Shown here in pieces: positions 11,942 through 21,267 of a stretch of 64,000 nucleotides of DNA. Each line of letters opens with the position of its first letter. The first letter of the stretch is position 1. A program made the position numbers and the translations under genes. Below the pieces are notes generated by a model, which searched no databases, was not told the DNA's origin, and saw nothing but the letters and a program-made list of their open reading frames with translations. The DNA comes from an uncultured bacterium (lineage in GTDB: Bacteria > Babelota > Babeliae > Babelales > Vermiphilaceae): NCBI GenBank assembly GCA_963702025.1, contig OY969699.1, positions 1,312,001 to 1,376,000 on the forward strand. Direction: 5' to 3'.

Positions 11942-12424
11942 TTACCAAGCATAATGGGAGAATGCTCTATTGGATTCTGCCATTCTATGGACGTCTAATT
12001 TCTTTTTAACGGCACCGCCACGACCTTCAACCGCATCCATTAACTCGTAAGCCAGCCGGATGCCCATAGTTTTATCGGAACGTGCGGCGGCAGCATCAAT
12101 GAGCCAACGCATTGCAAGCGCACGACCTCTATCTTGATTCACTTCCATCGGAATTTGGTACACACTACCACCAACTCTTCGCGGGCGAACTTCTACCAGA
12201 GGAATCAATTGCTCAAAGCCCCGATAAAAAAGGTCTAAGGCCTTGTTTTTATCGCCTTGCGACTTCTTGATTAACAAATCAATTGCATCATAAACAATTT
12301 CACGCGCAATGCTTTTTTTGCCATCATCCATCACAATATTGATTAATTTTTGAATCATTTGTGATCCATAACGGGGATCAACACCTATCTCTCTTTTTAA
12401 AATACTTTTTTTACGCCGTGGCAT
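11942..12424 (-). CDS. rpsG: 30S ribosomal protein S7
   Basis: EVRPRRVGGSVYQIP, HRMAESNRAFSHY. Confidence 0.98.
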   Translation of the reverse strand: MPRRKKSILKREIGVDPRYGSQMIQKLINIVMDDGKKSIAREIVYDAIDLLIKKSQGDKNKALDLFYRGFEQLIPLVEVRPRRVGGSVYQIPMEVNQDRGRALAMRWLIDAAAARSDKTMGIRLAYELMDAVEGRGGAVKKKLDVHRMAESNRAFSHYAW

Positions 12425-12435
12425 ACTTTACCTCA

Positions 12436-12810
12436 TTATTGTTTAGGACGTTTAGCGCCATATAATGAACGTGACTGTCTTCTCTTCTCAACACCGGCGC
12501 AATCTAATGCCCCACGAACGATGTGGTATTTAACACCCGGCAAATCAGGAACCCTTCCCCCGCGAACAAGGACAACAGAGTGCTCTTGCAGGTTATGACC
12601 TTCCCCGCCAATATACGCGGTTACCTCAACGCCATTTGACAACTTAACACGCGCAACTTTACGAAGTGCTGAGTTTGGCTTTTTAGGCGTCGTGGTAAAT
12701 ACTCTCGTGCAAACACCACGTGCTTGCGGCGAGCTTTTAAGAGCTGGGCTCTTTGATTTTGATTTGGAGCTTATTCTGCCAAATCGACAAAGCTGATTTA
12801 TCGTGGGCAT
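12436..12810 (-). CDS. rpsL: 30S ribosomal protein S12
   Basis: [31 protein letters not shown]. Confidence 0.99.
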   Translation of the reverse strand: MPTINQLCRFGRISSKSKSKSPALKSSPQARGVCTRVFTTTPKKPNSALRKVARVKLSNGVEVTAYIGGEGHNLQEHSVVLVRGGRVPDLPGVKYHIVRGALDCAGVEKRRQSRSLYGAKRPKQ

Positions 12811-12920
12811 AGTATAACATTCCTACACAGTATAAGGGGTGACAAATCTGAATTAATAACCATAATTTGCTCATTTTTTGAAATACTTATTCGTGTCAAA
12901 TGGCAAACAACAGTAAAAGT

Positions 12921-12948
12921 ATTTTACTTCTTTTTCATTTTTTTTCAA
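12921..12948 (-). promoter_or_regulatory. Putative sigma70 promoter of the str/S10/spc cluster
   Basis: Minus strand TTGAAA-16 bp-TAAAAT about 110 bp upstream of rpsL. Confidence 0.4.
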
Positions 12949-13155
12949 GTGGAAACTATATAAAAGCATGCATATTACTAGAAAAAAATGATAAAAGTTG
13001 ATCAAAAAAATAATTATATTCCTTCAATCTGTTGATTAAATAGTTTTATTGGTGATCACCAGGTTATTTTTAGTTAGACTTAGCCGCATGTTAGTGCTAT
13101 CTTAACAGGATGTCACTTATTGTAGAAGATCCTATTTTTTCAGGGAGAATTTTTC

Positions 13156-14280
13156 ATGATTTTGGTAAAAGCAGTTACTTTTTTGGCACATAATTTCGCA
13201 TTTGCTGTTGTAGCATTGGCTGGATTAGGCTTCCTGTTAGGATTTCATGAATTGGGCCACTTTCTTTTTTGCAAGCTGTTTCACATACGCACTCCCTCCT
13301 TTTCTATTGGTTTTGGCCCTCGCCTCCTGTCAAAAAAAATTGGCGAAACAGAGTTTGCGCTTTCAGCTATTCCTTTGGGGGGATATGTTGAAATAGCAGG
13401 TTCAGCCGAAATGGGTCAAGGGGAACAAAAAGAAGCACACGCAAAAGATACGCATTCTTTTGCCATTAAACCATATTGGCAAAAACTACTGGTAATGCTT
13501 GGTGGCATTCTTTTTAATCTCATTTTTGCCTATTTTGCTCTCATTCTACTTCATCTGATTGGCATACCAAAAACAGTACCTATAATAAGAACAGTACAAC
13601 CTGAATCTCCCGCGGCACAATATAACCTTGCTCCCGGGGACAAGATCATCGCAATTAATAATCAAAATATAAACAACGATCTTCCAAAGGCACTGGAACT
13701 TATTGCACCCCTGGCAAATCAAGAAACAACGATTACCGTTGAACGTGGTGGCCAAGAAGTGGTTCTTCCTATTAAACTCGGCACCAAAAAAGATGCTACC
13801 GGTAAAGAGGTGGGATCATTGGGCGTCACTTTTGAAATGGCAAAGACACCCGGTGAGTCACTCTCTGGAGCAATAACAAAAGGGATTGCGCTCACCAACT
13901 CATATATCCTTGGGACCATTAGAGGATTTAAAAATATCTTTTTCAAGGGCGAAGTTTCAGGGGTTCAGGGGCCTGTCGCTATTATTTCTCTTATCATGGA
14001 AGGAATAAGCCAGAGCTTTGGCGTATTTTTGCTCCTTCTTGCATTGATTAGCGTGAACTTGGCAATCTTTAATTTGATTCCATTGCCTATCCTTGATGGT
14101 GGTCAGATTCTCTATTACACCATTGAAGCGATAATCGGTCGCCCAATTCCAAACAAAATACGTGAATATATACATATCGGCAGTTGGCTCTTAGTGCTCG
14201 CACTCATTCTGTATCTGAGTGCGCAAGATATTTATCGCCTAGTTAAGCCCTTGCTGGCTAAAATTATGGGTAAAATCTAG
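13156..14280 (+). CDS. rseP: Site-2 membrane metalloprotease RseP (M50, PDZ)
   Basis: HELGH zinc motif, FSIGFGP, IPLGGYV, PDZ (SPAA..L.PGD.I), NLIPLPILDGG. Confidence 0.93.
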   Translation: MILVKAVTFLAHNFAFAVVALAGLGFLLGFHELGHFLFCKLFHIRTPSFSIGFGPRLLSKKIGETEFALSAIPLGGYVEIAGSAEMGQGEQKEAHAKDTHSFAIKPYWQKLLVMLGGILFNLIFAYFALILLHLIGIPKTVPIIRTVQPESPAAQYNLAPGDKIIAINNQNINNDLPKALELIAPLANQETTITVERGGQEVVLPIKLGTKKDATGKEVGSLGVTFEMAKTPGESLSGAITKGIALTNSYILGTIRGFKNIFFKGEVSGVQGPVAIISLIMEGISQSFGVFLLLLALISVNLAIFNLIPLPILDGGQILYYTIEAIIGRPIPNKIREYIHIGSWLLVLALILYLSAQDIYRLVKPLLAKIMGKI

Positions 14281-14305
14281 AATTAAGGGAGCAGAATATT
14301 TCAAC

Positions 14306-14341
14306 AAGGCGCTGAATTTAATTTTCGGCGCCTTTTCTTTT
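14306..14341 (+). terminator. Intrinsic terminator after rseP
   Basis: AAGGCGCTGAA/TTCGGCGCCTT stem followed by a T-rich run. Confidence 0.75.
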
Positions 14342-14472
14342 TGGCGTTAAACTATTTCAAATATGCAATTTTTATAATGCTTTGCTCTATCAAAGTAGAC
14401 AAAAATATCGTTTTTAATTAACATGAGAAAGTAAATTCTGTCTAAACTATCTATTTCAAATTGAGGTTCTCA

Positions 14473-14895
14473 ATGAAAAAACCGATACTTGTTTTAACGT
14501 TAGTTGCAATGAGCAGTATTCTTGCGCCACAACCCACTAAAGCGATTACCCCGGAGAATGCAGCCACAATTGCGGTAATTTCAACCGGACCAGCAATCTA
14601 CGGATTATATAAATTCTGCAAATGGGTTAAAAGCACCAAAACAGGCAAGACTGTGGCTAAAGGTATCGGGGCCGTTACAACTGGGTTAGGCGCATGGGTA
14701 GCGAGCCGTGCAGCCGCAGATTTTTTTTCTGAAGCAAATTGGGCTTACAACAATGGAGCCTTTGATAGGGGGAATTCATATCACAACGGTGCATTGTTAG
14801 GCGCAGCACTCTCATGCGGTTTAGGGCTTTCCAGTTGCTTACTAGCAGAATCAACTATTAAAGACCTAAAGAATACAACCCAAAATAATAACTAA
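14473..14895 (+). CDS. Hypothetical exported membrane protein
   Basis: GAGG SD before ATG 14473; signal peptide plus Gly/Ala-rich hydrophobic segments. Confidence 0.7.
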   Translation: MKKPILVLTLVAMSSILAPQPTKAITPENAATIAVISTGPAIYGLYKFCKWVKSTKTGKTVAKGIGAVTTGLGAWVASRAAADFFSEANWAYNNGAFDRGNSYHNGALLGAALSCGLGLSSCLLAESTIKDLKNTTQNNN

Positions 14896-14905
14896 AGGCG
14901 CTCAG

Positions 14906-15151
14906 ATGAAAAAGTTATTATTTTTAGTAGTTTCACTACTAATCTTGGCTAACACTGCTACTTCAACACAAGCACACATTCCGAATCACTTTAAAAAAAC
15001 TGCCTGCGTACTTGGCTCTTTAGGTGTCGCTACCTTGGCACTGGGATTGATATATAAGTATGTAAACAACCTGGTATTAAAGCAGTATGACGCCTATCAC
15101 AAGAGCCGAAATGAATCTCATTTCATGAGCAATAGCGGCAAAAAATTATAA
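14906..15151 (+). CDS. Small hypothetical protein, signal peptide plus one TM helix
   Basis: MKKLLFLVV...TQA signal; ACVLGSLGVATLALGLIY. Confidence 0.65.
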   Translation: MKKLLFLVVSLLILANTATSTQAHIPNHFKKTACVLGSLGVATLALGLIYKYVNNLVLKQYDAYHKSRNESHFMSNSGKKL

Positions 15152-15169
15152 ATTTAATAAGGATTTTTT

Positions 15170-15475
15170 ATGAAAAGTAAATTAGTATTTTCACTTTTAT
15201 TTAGCACATTTGCCATTTTTTCAGCGCAACCTTCGCAAGCACTCCCAACAAATGCAAAAATCGCTGCAGAACTCGTTGGCGGAGTAGCAGCGGGCGCAGT
15301 TGCCCTCATCGCGGGAAAAGTTGCCTATGAGTTTATAAAAGAAAAACCAAGCAATTCGCATGAGCCATCGTTGATGACTATTTTTACCGTAGTACCAACA
15401 ACCCTACTTGCAGCAACTTCAGGAATCTTGAGCTATCTGGCATTTAACGCAGCATATAATAACATCAAAGCATAA
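15170..15475 (+). CDS. Small hypothetical protein, signal peptide plus two TM helices
   Basis: AAGGA SD; signal ending SQA; two hydrophobic helices. Confidence 0.7.
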   Translation: MKSKLVFSLLFSTFAIFSAQPSQALPTNAKIAAELVGGVAAGAVALIAGKVAYEFIKEKPSNSHEPSLMTIFTVVPTTLLAATSGILSYLAFNAAYNNIKA

Positions 15476-15491
15476 GCTAAATCGTAGAACA

Positions 15492-15533
15492 AAATAAAAA
15501 GAGGCACGTTCTTAAACGTGCCTCTTTTTATTT
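15492..15533. terminator. Bidirectional intrinsic terminator
   Basis: AAATAAAAAGAGGCACGTT-CTTA-AACGTGCCTCTTTTTATTT between convergent genes. Confidence 0.9.
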
Positions 15534-15549
15534 CTGTCTTAAGACAATT

Positions 15550-16116
15550 TTATGCTTCTTTATCAGCATCCGGCTTTTGACCGATATGAGGATGCTGGCT
15601 GCCCGGATAAACGCGCAGTTTACGCAACAGGTAGCGGCTCAAAATATTTTTTGGGAGCATACCTTTCACCGCAAGAGTAATCACTCTATCAGGATGTTTT
15701 TCTAGCAATTCTTTTGCTGAAGTAACTTTACGACCACCAATCCAGCCGGTGTAATGGGCATATTCCTTATCTTCCATTTTATTGCCGGTAAGCACCACTT
15801 GTGACGCGTTAATCACAATCACATAATCTCCCGCATCAGTATGAGGAGTAAAATATGGCTTGTTTTTGCCACGCAAAATGTCTGCGATCTCTGTCGCCAT
15901 GCGACCCAACACTTTCCCCTTAGCATCAATAACACGCCATTTGGGGTGTTTATTGTCCTCTTTTCTAACATAGAAAGCTGAATTCATATCTACTGCTTTA
16001 GATTGATCTTTCTTCTTTGCAGTTGTTTTTTTGGTTGTTGCTTGAGCAGCAGGAGTAGTTTTACTCTTTGTTTTTTCAGTTTTAGCGACAGCAGGGGAAG
16101 ACTTTTTAACAGCCAT
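15550..16116 (-). CDS. rplM: 50S ribosomal protein L13 with N-terminal Lys/Thr/Ala-rich extension
   Basis: WRVIDA..LGR, LRGKNKP.FTPH.D.GDYVIVINA, AVKGMLPKN. Confidence 0.97.
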   Translation of the reverse strand: MAVKKSSPAVAKTEKTKSKTTPAAQATTKKTTAKKKDQSKAVDMNSAFYVRKEDNKHPKWRVIDAKGKVLGRMATEIADILRGKNKPYFTPHTDAGDYVIVINASQVVLTGNKMEDKEYAHYTGWIGGRKVTSAKELLEKHPDRVITLAVKGMLPKNILSRYLLRKLRVYPGSQHPHIGQKPDADKEA

Positions 16117-16245
16117 GAAACACCTTTTCTAACCTAAAGAAATAATTAAACTTTTGATTTATAAATGACATATATGACGAACGAAGCTATTATATACTTT
16201 AAATAAAAATAGAATAAGGGTCAAATTCTTAAAAAAGGTATTTAT

Positions 16246-17838
16246 ATGATACACAGTTGGCTAGTGTTACTTCCTCCGGTATTTATTCTGATTGCGGCAC
16301 TCATTTCCAAACGCTTAAACCCATCGATTATTTTAGGGCTTATTACTGCCGCATTCATTGCGCAAAATTTCATGCTTTTGCCCGCTATCAACCTTTTAAT
16401 AACGCGACTTTATAAACAGGTGACTGATCCTGAAAACATTTACCTGTATGGATTCTTATTTATTTTGGGAATCCTTATCAGCCTGCTTGAATATACTGGT
16501 GCAGCAATGGCCTTTGCTCACCGCCTTACCACGCGCTTAAAAACTGCCAAAAGTGCACAGACTGCCACGCTCGTTATTTCAAGCATTCTTTTTATCGATG
16601 ACTATTTAAGCTGCTTAACAACCGGCTATGTTATGCGGCCCATATTAGATCGATTCCGATTACCTCGCGTAAAACTAGCTTATTTAATTCATTCATTCTC
16701 TGCTCCAGTGGTAATTTTGGCACCAATTTCCAGCTGGATCGCATTGATTACCAGTCAACTTGAAAATGCAGGCATATCCCCAATCGCCAATCACAATACT
16801 CGCATTATCGCCGATCCTTTTTATATTTACCTACAATCAATCCCCTATATTTTTTACTCTGTTATTTTGATTATCAGCGTATGGCTCGTCGTGCGCCGGT
16901 CACTTTCTTTTGGGCCCATGCATGAGCAGGAAGTAATAGCTCATAAAACAGGAAATCTTTTTGGCGGCAAAGAGCCATTGACCGGAACAACTATCACTCA
17001 AAAGACAACAAGCGGCTCGATCTGGGATCTTATATTCCCTCTCTTTCTCTTGATCATTATTTTTATCAGCGGTATTGCCTGGGCCGGCGGCTATTGGTTA
17101 TTTGGCGGTAGCTATTCTTTTGTGTACGCACTGCAAAAAAATCATCAAACCGCGCTTATGCTTTTCATTGCCAGCATCATTACTTTATCAGTCACTTTTT
17201 TGATAAATCTCATTAATAAAAAAGTTAACTTTAACGTTTTTCTCAAAAACATTGTTCCCAACGGGATTACCATGATGCAGTCTTCCGTTATCATGGTCTT
17301 TCTTGCCTCAACTTTTGGTATCATGCTTCGCGAGGATCTACAAACTGGTGTTTACCTTGCGCAAGTATTGCAGGGTACGATTAGCATGGCCTTGCTTCCA
17401 TTTCTCTTTTATCTTATTTCAATTATTGCAGCATTTATTACCGGGTCAGCATGGGGAACCATTGCACTCATGATTCCAATCGCAATTCAAATGATTACCA
17501 CCTTATCGGCAGTTTCCCTTCCGGCAAATCCTACTGACATTAGTATTCTTTTTCCTGCACTTGGCGCCATTTTTTCTGGTGCAGTCTGTGGAAATCATAT
17601 TTCTCCCATTGCCGAAACTACCATCATGTCCGCCAATAGCGCCGGCTGCTATCCGATTGATCATGCAGTTACACAATTTTGGTACGCGCTGCCAGCAGTT
17701 ATCGGTGCAGGAATTTCATTTATTCTGTGCGGATTCTTGACCGCCGCAGCACCTTTGGTAACTATTGGCATTTCATTGGTAGTAGGATTGATTTTTTGCC
17801 TGGCGTCTCTTCTGCTTGCGAATCGATTCGAAAAATAA
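16246..17838 (+). CDS. NhaC-family (Na+/H+ antiporter / amino-acid exchanger-like) membrane transporter
   Basis: About 12 TM helices; FIDDY, PISSW, TGSAWGT, GAVCGNHISPIAETTIMS motifs. Confidence 0.85.
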   Translation: MIHSWLVLLPPVFILIAALISKRLNPSIILGLITAAFIAQNFMLLPAINLLITRLYKQVTDPENIYLYGFLFILGILISLLEYTGAAMAFAHRLTTRLKTAKSAQTATLVISSILFIDDYLSCLTTGYVMRPILDRFRLPRVKLAYLIHSFSAPVVILAPISSWIALITSQLENAGISPIANHNTRIIADPFYIYLQSIPYIFYSVILIISVWLVVRRSLSFGPMHEQEVIAHKTGNLFGGKEPLTGTTITQKTTSGSIWDLIFPLFLLIIIFISGIAWAGGYWLFGGSYSFVYALQKNHQTALMLFIASIITLSVTFLINLINKKVNFNVFLKNIVPNGITMMQSSVIMVFLASTFGIMLREDLQTGVYLAQVLQGTISMALLPFLFYLISIIAAFITGSAWGTIALMIPIAIQMITTLSAVSLPANPTDISILFPALGAIFSGAVCGNHISPIAETTIMSANSAGCYPIDHAVTQFWYALPAVIGAGISFILCGFLTAAAPLVTIGISLVVGLIFCLASLLLANRFEK

Positions 17839-17926
17839 CATTACAACCTGTATTAATTGCTCTTTGCCAGCAAAGGCGGTATACTTGCACTATTAATCAG
17901 AAATTAAATAATTGCAGGAAATAATT

Positions 17927-18658
17927 ATGTTTAAAAAAATAGTTTTTCTTATTTGTCTCTCAATGAGCGCATCATCGTATGCCATGACTTTCAGTGTCGT
18001 CGGGCAACCATTAAGCAATGTTGATCCAAAACTAGCTCAGGCAATTGCAGATTTAGGAACAAAAGCACTAAGCAACGTAGCAATTTCATTGGAAGCAACT
18101 GGTGTAAACCTTGGTGCAACACTACAAGAATCCGTTAAAATTTTGCGCAAAGCACTCGAGAATGTAGCTACAACGTTCTCCGAAAATGGTTTTAAATTAG
18201 TACTTGATCCAGAACTCGATCCAAAACTAATTGATAGCATTCAACTCATTTCTAAAGATGGCGCCAAAATAGCACTTAATCTTGATCCCGCTCTTACTAA
18301 AACTATGCAAACGATTGCCGAAAAGGGCTTCCAAATAATAGTTGATCCTGAACTTAATAAGAATCTTAAAACGTTTGCAGACCAGGGAGTAAAAGCACAG
18401 TTCGCTATTGATCCGATCACCCTAAAAACTTTCTGCTTAACCAGTGTTGGTGCAACCCTAGCGGTAGCGGGAATTTTAGTACTCTATCATGAACTTACCA
18501 AAACAGATGCCACGACAACAGAAACAGAATCTGCACAAAAAACCTACTTCCAACACTTTAAAGCATTGTTGCAAAACAAATATGTGATTGGTTCTGCGCA
18601 AGTGCTGGCCGGTCTCTTGTTGATTATCAAAAGCAATGCGTTGATCGCAAGAGGTTAA
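17927..18658 (+). CDS. Hypothetical exported protein with internal ~22-aa repeats and two C-terminal TM helices
   Basis: Signal MFKKIV...SYA; repeats of form G.....DP.L; two hydrophobic helices. Confidence 0.75.
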   Translation: MFKKIVFLICLSMSASSYAMTFSVVGQPLSNVDPKLAQAIADLGTKALSNVAISLEATGVNLGATLQESVKILRKALENVATTFSENGFKLVLDPELDPKLIDSIQLISKDGAKIALNLDPALTKTMQTIAEKGFQIIVDPELNKNLKTFADQGVKAQFAIDPITLKTFCLTSVGATLAVAGILVLYHELTKTDATTTETESAQKTYFQHFKALLQNKYVIGSAQVLAGLLLIIKSNALIARG

Positions 18659-20028
18659 GCCATATTAAATTCTTCGGATTCTTCCTCAACATCATTAAAT
18701 GAATGTTCTTCAGATTCCGATTCTTCTTCATCAGTATCATTTTGCATGAGCGCTTCGATATCTTCTGGTTTTTTTGGCAAGGATTCGCTCAAGCAGACTA
18801 CACCGTCTTTGACAACCCAATAGTTATCTTCGATACGAATACCAATTCCTTCTTGAGGGATATAGATTCCCGGTTCGATGGTGAAAACATCACCTTCTTT
18901 TAAAGGTTCTTTAAGATCACCCACATCATGAACATCAATACCTAAGAAATGGCCAATACCATGGGGAAAATAGTTGCCATAGCCTCGCTCATCCAAGAAT
19001 TTCTTCGCCAAATGATTGAGAGATTTTTCTGGCTGTTCTTTGTTTGATAACCACATGCCCGGCTTTGCAAGATCCGCAATATATTCTTGCGTTGCAAGAA
19101 CCAGATTATAGAGCTCTTTTTGGCGTTTGGTAAAAGTACCTGAAACCGGATACGTTCGGGTTAAATCGGCACAGTAATATTCATATTCGGCGCCAATATC
19201 CACCACTACCAATTGACCATTTTTTAAGACGTCAGCATTTGTTTGATAATGAAGTATGGTGCCATTTTTGCCACCCGCCACGATGCTTGGAAATGATGGG
19301 CGGGCATTCGATCCGGTAAACATATACTCAAGACTTGCCTGCACTTCACATTCAAGAATGCCGTCTTGTATGGCGTGGGCAGCAGCTTCCTGGGCCAACA
19401 TGGTAATCTCTACTGCTTTATACATAGTTTCAATTTCACGCATATCTTTTTTGCGACGCAGTGCGGCTACCAATGGCGCTATATCAATGCAATGACTTTG
19501 AAACCCGGTGATCATCGTATCAAAGCGTGCAAGCATGGAACGTTGCTCAACGTATTCCCATGAATTTTGTGGCGCCAAGGTAAATAACTTCCCATTATCC
19601 TTTATGATCGCACTCAGATCGGCAATGAGATTGGAATAATGCTTTTTATCTGAAAAAGGGTGGAACTGATAGCCCGGCGCCATTTGCCCCAACGATTTGA
19701 TATGTTCAAATCCTAGTTTTTTTGCATTTTCTTGCGTTAAAGGAACCGGCGTGTGCACCCATGCAGATCTATTTGCTCCGTGATCGGGAGTATACAGCGT
19801 TGATTTTCCTTGTAAGTCGATAACAACTACCGCTCCGGGTTCAGTAATGCCGGTTAAATAATAGAATGAACTTTCTTGACGAAATTTAGTGCGATCGTGT
19901 TCAAAAGCACCAAAAAGAACAATTGCCCCTTTTTTCTCAGGGTATTCTTGGCTAATCAGTGCGCTCAGATCTTGTCTGCGCAACTGAGATAATGATGCGG
20001 TTGTTTGCGTTGTTTCATTAATAAACAT
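18655..20028 (-). CDS. pepP: Xaa-Pro aminopeptidase (M24B)
   Basis: FRQESSFYYLTG, VDIGAE..ADLTRT, HGIGHFLGIDVHD, TIEPGIY, GIRIED. Confidence 0.93.
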   Translation of the reverse strand: MFINETTQTTASLSQLRRQDLSALISQEYPEKKGAIVLFGAFEHDRTKFRQESSFYYLTGITEPGAVVVIDLQGKSTLYTPDHGANRSAWVHTPVPLTQENAKKLGFEHIKSLGQMAPGYQFHPFSDKKHYSNLIADLSAIIKDNGKLFTLAPQNSWEYVEQRSMLARFDTMITGFQSHCIDIAPLVAALRRKKDMREIETMYKAVEITMLAQEAAAHAIQDGILECEVQASLEYMFTGSNARPSFPSIVAGGKNGTILHYQTNADVLKNGQLVVVDIGAEYEYYCADLTRTYPVSGTFTKRQKELYNLVLATQEYIADLAKPGMWLSNKEQPEKSLNHLAKKFLDERGYGNYFPHGIGHFLGIDVHDVGDLKEPLKEGDVFTIEPGIYIPQEGIGIRIEDNYWVVKDGVVCLSESLPKKPEDIEALMQNDTDEEESESEEHSFNDVEEESEEFNMA

Positions 20029-20057
20029 GGAAATTCCTTATAAATTTTTTTCAGATA

Positions 20058-20198
20058 TCATTCGACACGCTTCGCTACTCCGGATGTGTTCCTAAAACTT
20101 ATTTAAAGCTTAAAACTTACTCGATGTTTTTTACACTTTCTCATGAACTTTTAACCACACATCCTGAATAAAAAATCGAAGATTTTTGTATCGAAGGA
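20058..20198. repeat. Inverted pair of REP-like palindromic units downstream of the GIY-YIG gene
   Basis: 20058-20088 TCATTCGACACGCTTCGCTACTCCGGATGTG and, inverted, 20156-20198 CACACATCCTGAAT-hairpin-GTATCGAAGGA. Confidence 0.8.
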
Positions 20199-20202
20199 TT
20201 TC

Positions 20203-20498
20203 CTACTTTTTAATATTAAAGTTTTTTTTAGATAAAAGTTTTATCTTGTTCCAGTCTTTAGCAAGTAGGGCCGCTTTTTTCTTTCTCGACCATCCTTTGA
20301 TTTGTCTTTCAATAATCAGAGCATCATCTTTTGTTGCAAAATCTTGAACAAAAACTAATTCAACCGGCAACGTGAAGCTGTAGAATATCCACCCTGCCTA
20401 TTGTTATGTTCTGCAAACCTTTGCTCAAGATCCCTCGTTAGTCCAACATAATAAGAATTATCGGCACATTTTAACATATAAACAAAATAACTTTTCAT
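20203..20498 (-). pseudogene. GIY-YIG nuclease (UPF0213/YhbQ-like) with a 1-bp frameshift
   Basis: MKSYFVYMLKCADNSYYVGLTRDLEQRFAEHN..GGYSTASR, then in a shifted frame LPVELVFVQDFATKDDALIIERQIKGWSRKKKAALL...K* (stop 20203-20205). The break is near 20370. Confidence 0.88.
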
Positions 20499-20501
20499 AA
20501 C

Positions 20502-20658
20502 TTTGAATATCCTTCGATACGCTTCGCTACTCAGGATGTGTGATTTCAAATTCTCTTAAATATTAAAATTTTTCATTTGTCATACAAAATAACTATTTCA
20601 AGCTGATAGCATTTAATTTGAATATCCTTCGATACGCTTCGCTACTCAGGATGTGTGA
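20502..20658 (+). repeat. Two identical 42-bp REP-like direct repeats upstream of the GIY-YIG gene
   Basis: TTTGAATATCCTTCGATACGCTTCGCTACTCAGGATGTGTGA at 20502-20543 and 20617-20658. Confidence 0.92.
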
Positions 20659-20661
20659 AGA

Positions 20662-21264
20662 TTAAAATGGTCTACGTTCAGATAATGCCTTATACACGGT
20701 AACTCTATCCATCGATTCTATGGCGGATCCTACCGGAATGCCACGCGCCAGACAAGAAATCTTAACGCCACTTTGCCGTAATTTGCTCGCGATAAACGAT
20801 GCTGTTGCCTCACCTTCTGGCGTCTGATTTGTTGCTAAAATAATTTCTGCAATCTGACTATTTTCAACGCGATGAATCAAGGGGATAATATTTAAATTTT
20901 CCGGGCCGATTCCTTCCAAGGGGCAAATTGCCCCACCAAGCACATGATAGACACCGGTATAACCGCCGGTTTTTTCTATCGCAATAAGCTCTTGCCATGT
21001 CTCTACCACGCAGACAAGCGATTGATCACGGCGCGTATTGGAGCACAACGAACAGGCGCGATCTTTTTCGCGCCATGAAAAGCAGGTGCCGCATTGGGTT
21101 ATATTTTGTTTTACTTCTTTAAGAGTTGCACAAAATTGATCAACCTTGTGTTCCTCAAGGTGCAAAAAATAGCTGGCGACTCGATAAATATTTTTTGAAG
21201 CCAGATAGGGCACTTGCTGCAAGGTTTTAAGAAGTCTGGTGAGCGAAGGGGTTTCTGGCAACAT
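20662..21264 (-). CDS. recR: Recombination mediator RecR
   Basis: C4 zinc finger (CGTC..CSLC), CVVE, YHVLGG, EIILATN.TPEGEATA, LARGIPVG. Confidence 0.96.
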   Translation of the reverse strand: MLPETPSLTRLLKTLQQVPYLASKNIYRVASYFLHLEEHKVDQFCATLKEVKQNITQCGTCFSWREKDRACSLCSNTRRDQSLVCVVETWQELIAIEKTGGYTGVYHVLGGAICPLEGIGPENLNIIPLIHRVENSQIAEIILATNQTPEGEATASFIASKLRQSGVKISCLARGIPVGSAIESMDRVTVYKALSERRPF

Positions 21265-21267
21265 GAT

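Noticed and set aside
20502..20658. Two identical 42-bp repeats as a minimal CRISPR array
   Set aside because: Only two copies with a 73-bp spacer and no cas genes. The same motif occurs inverted and dispersed elsewhere, which fits REP-like elements.
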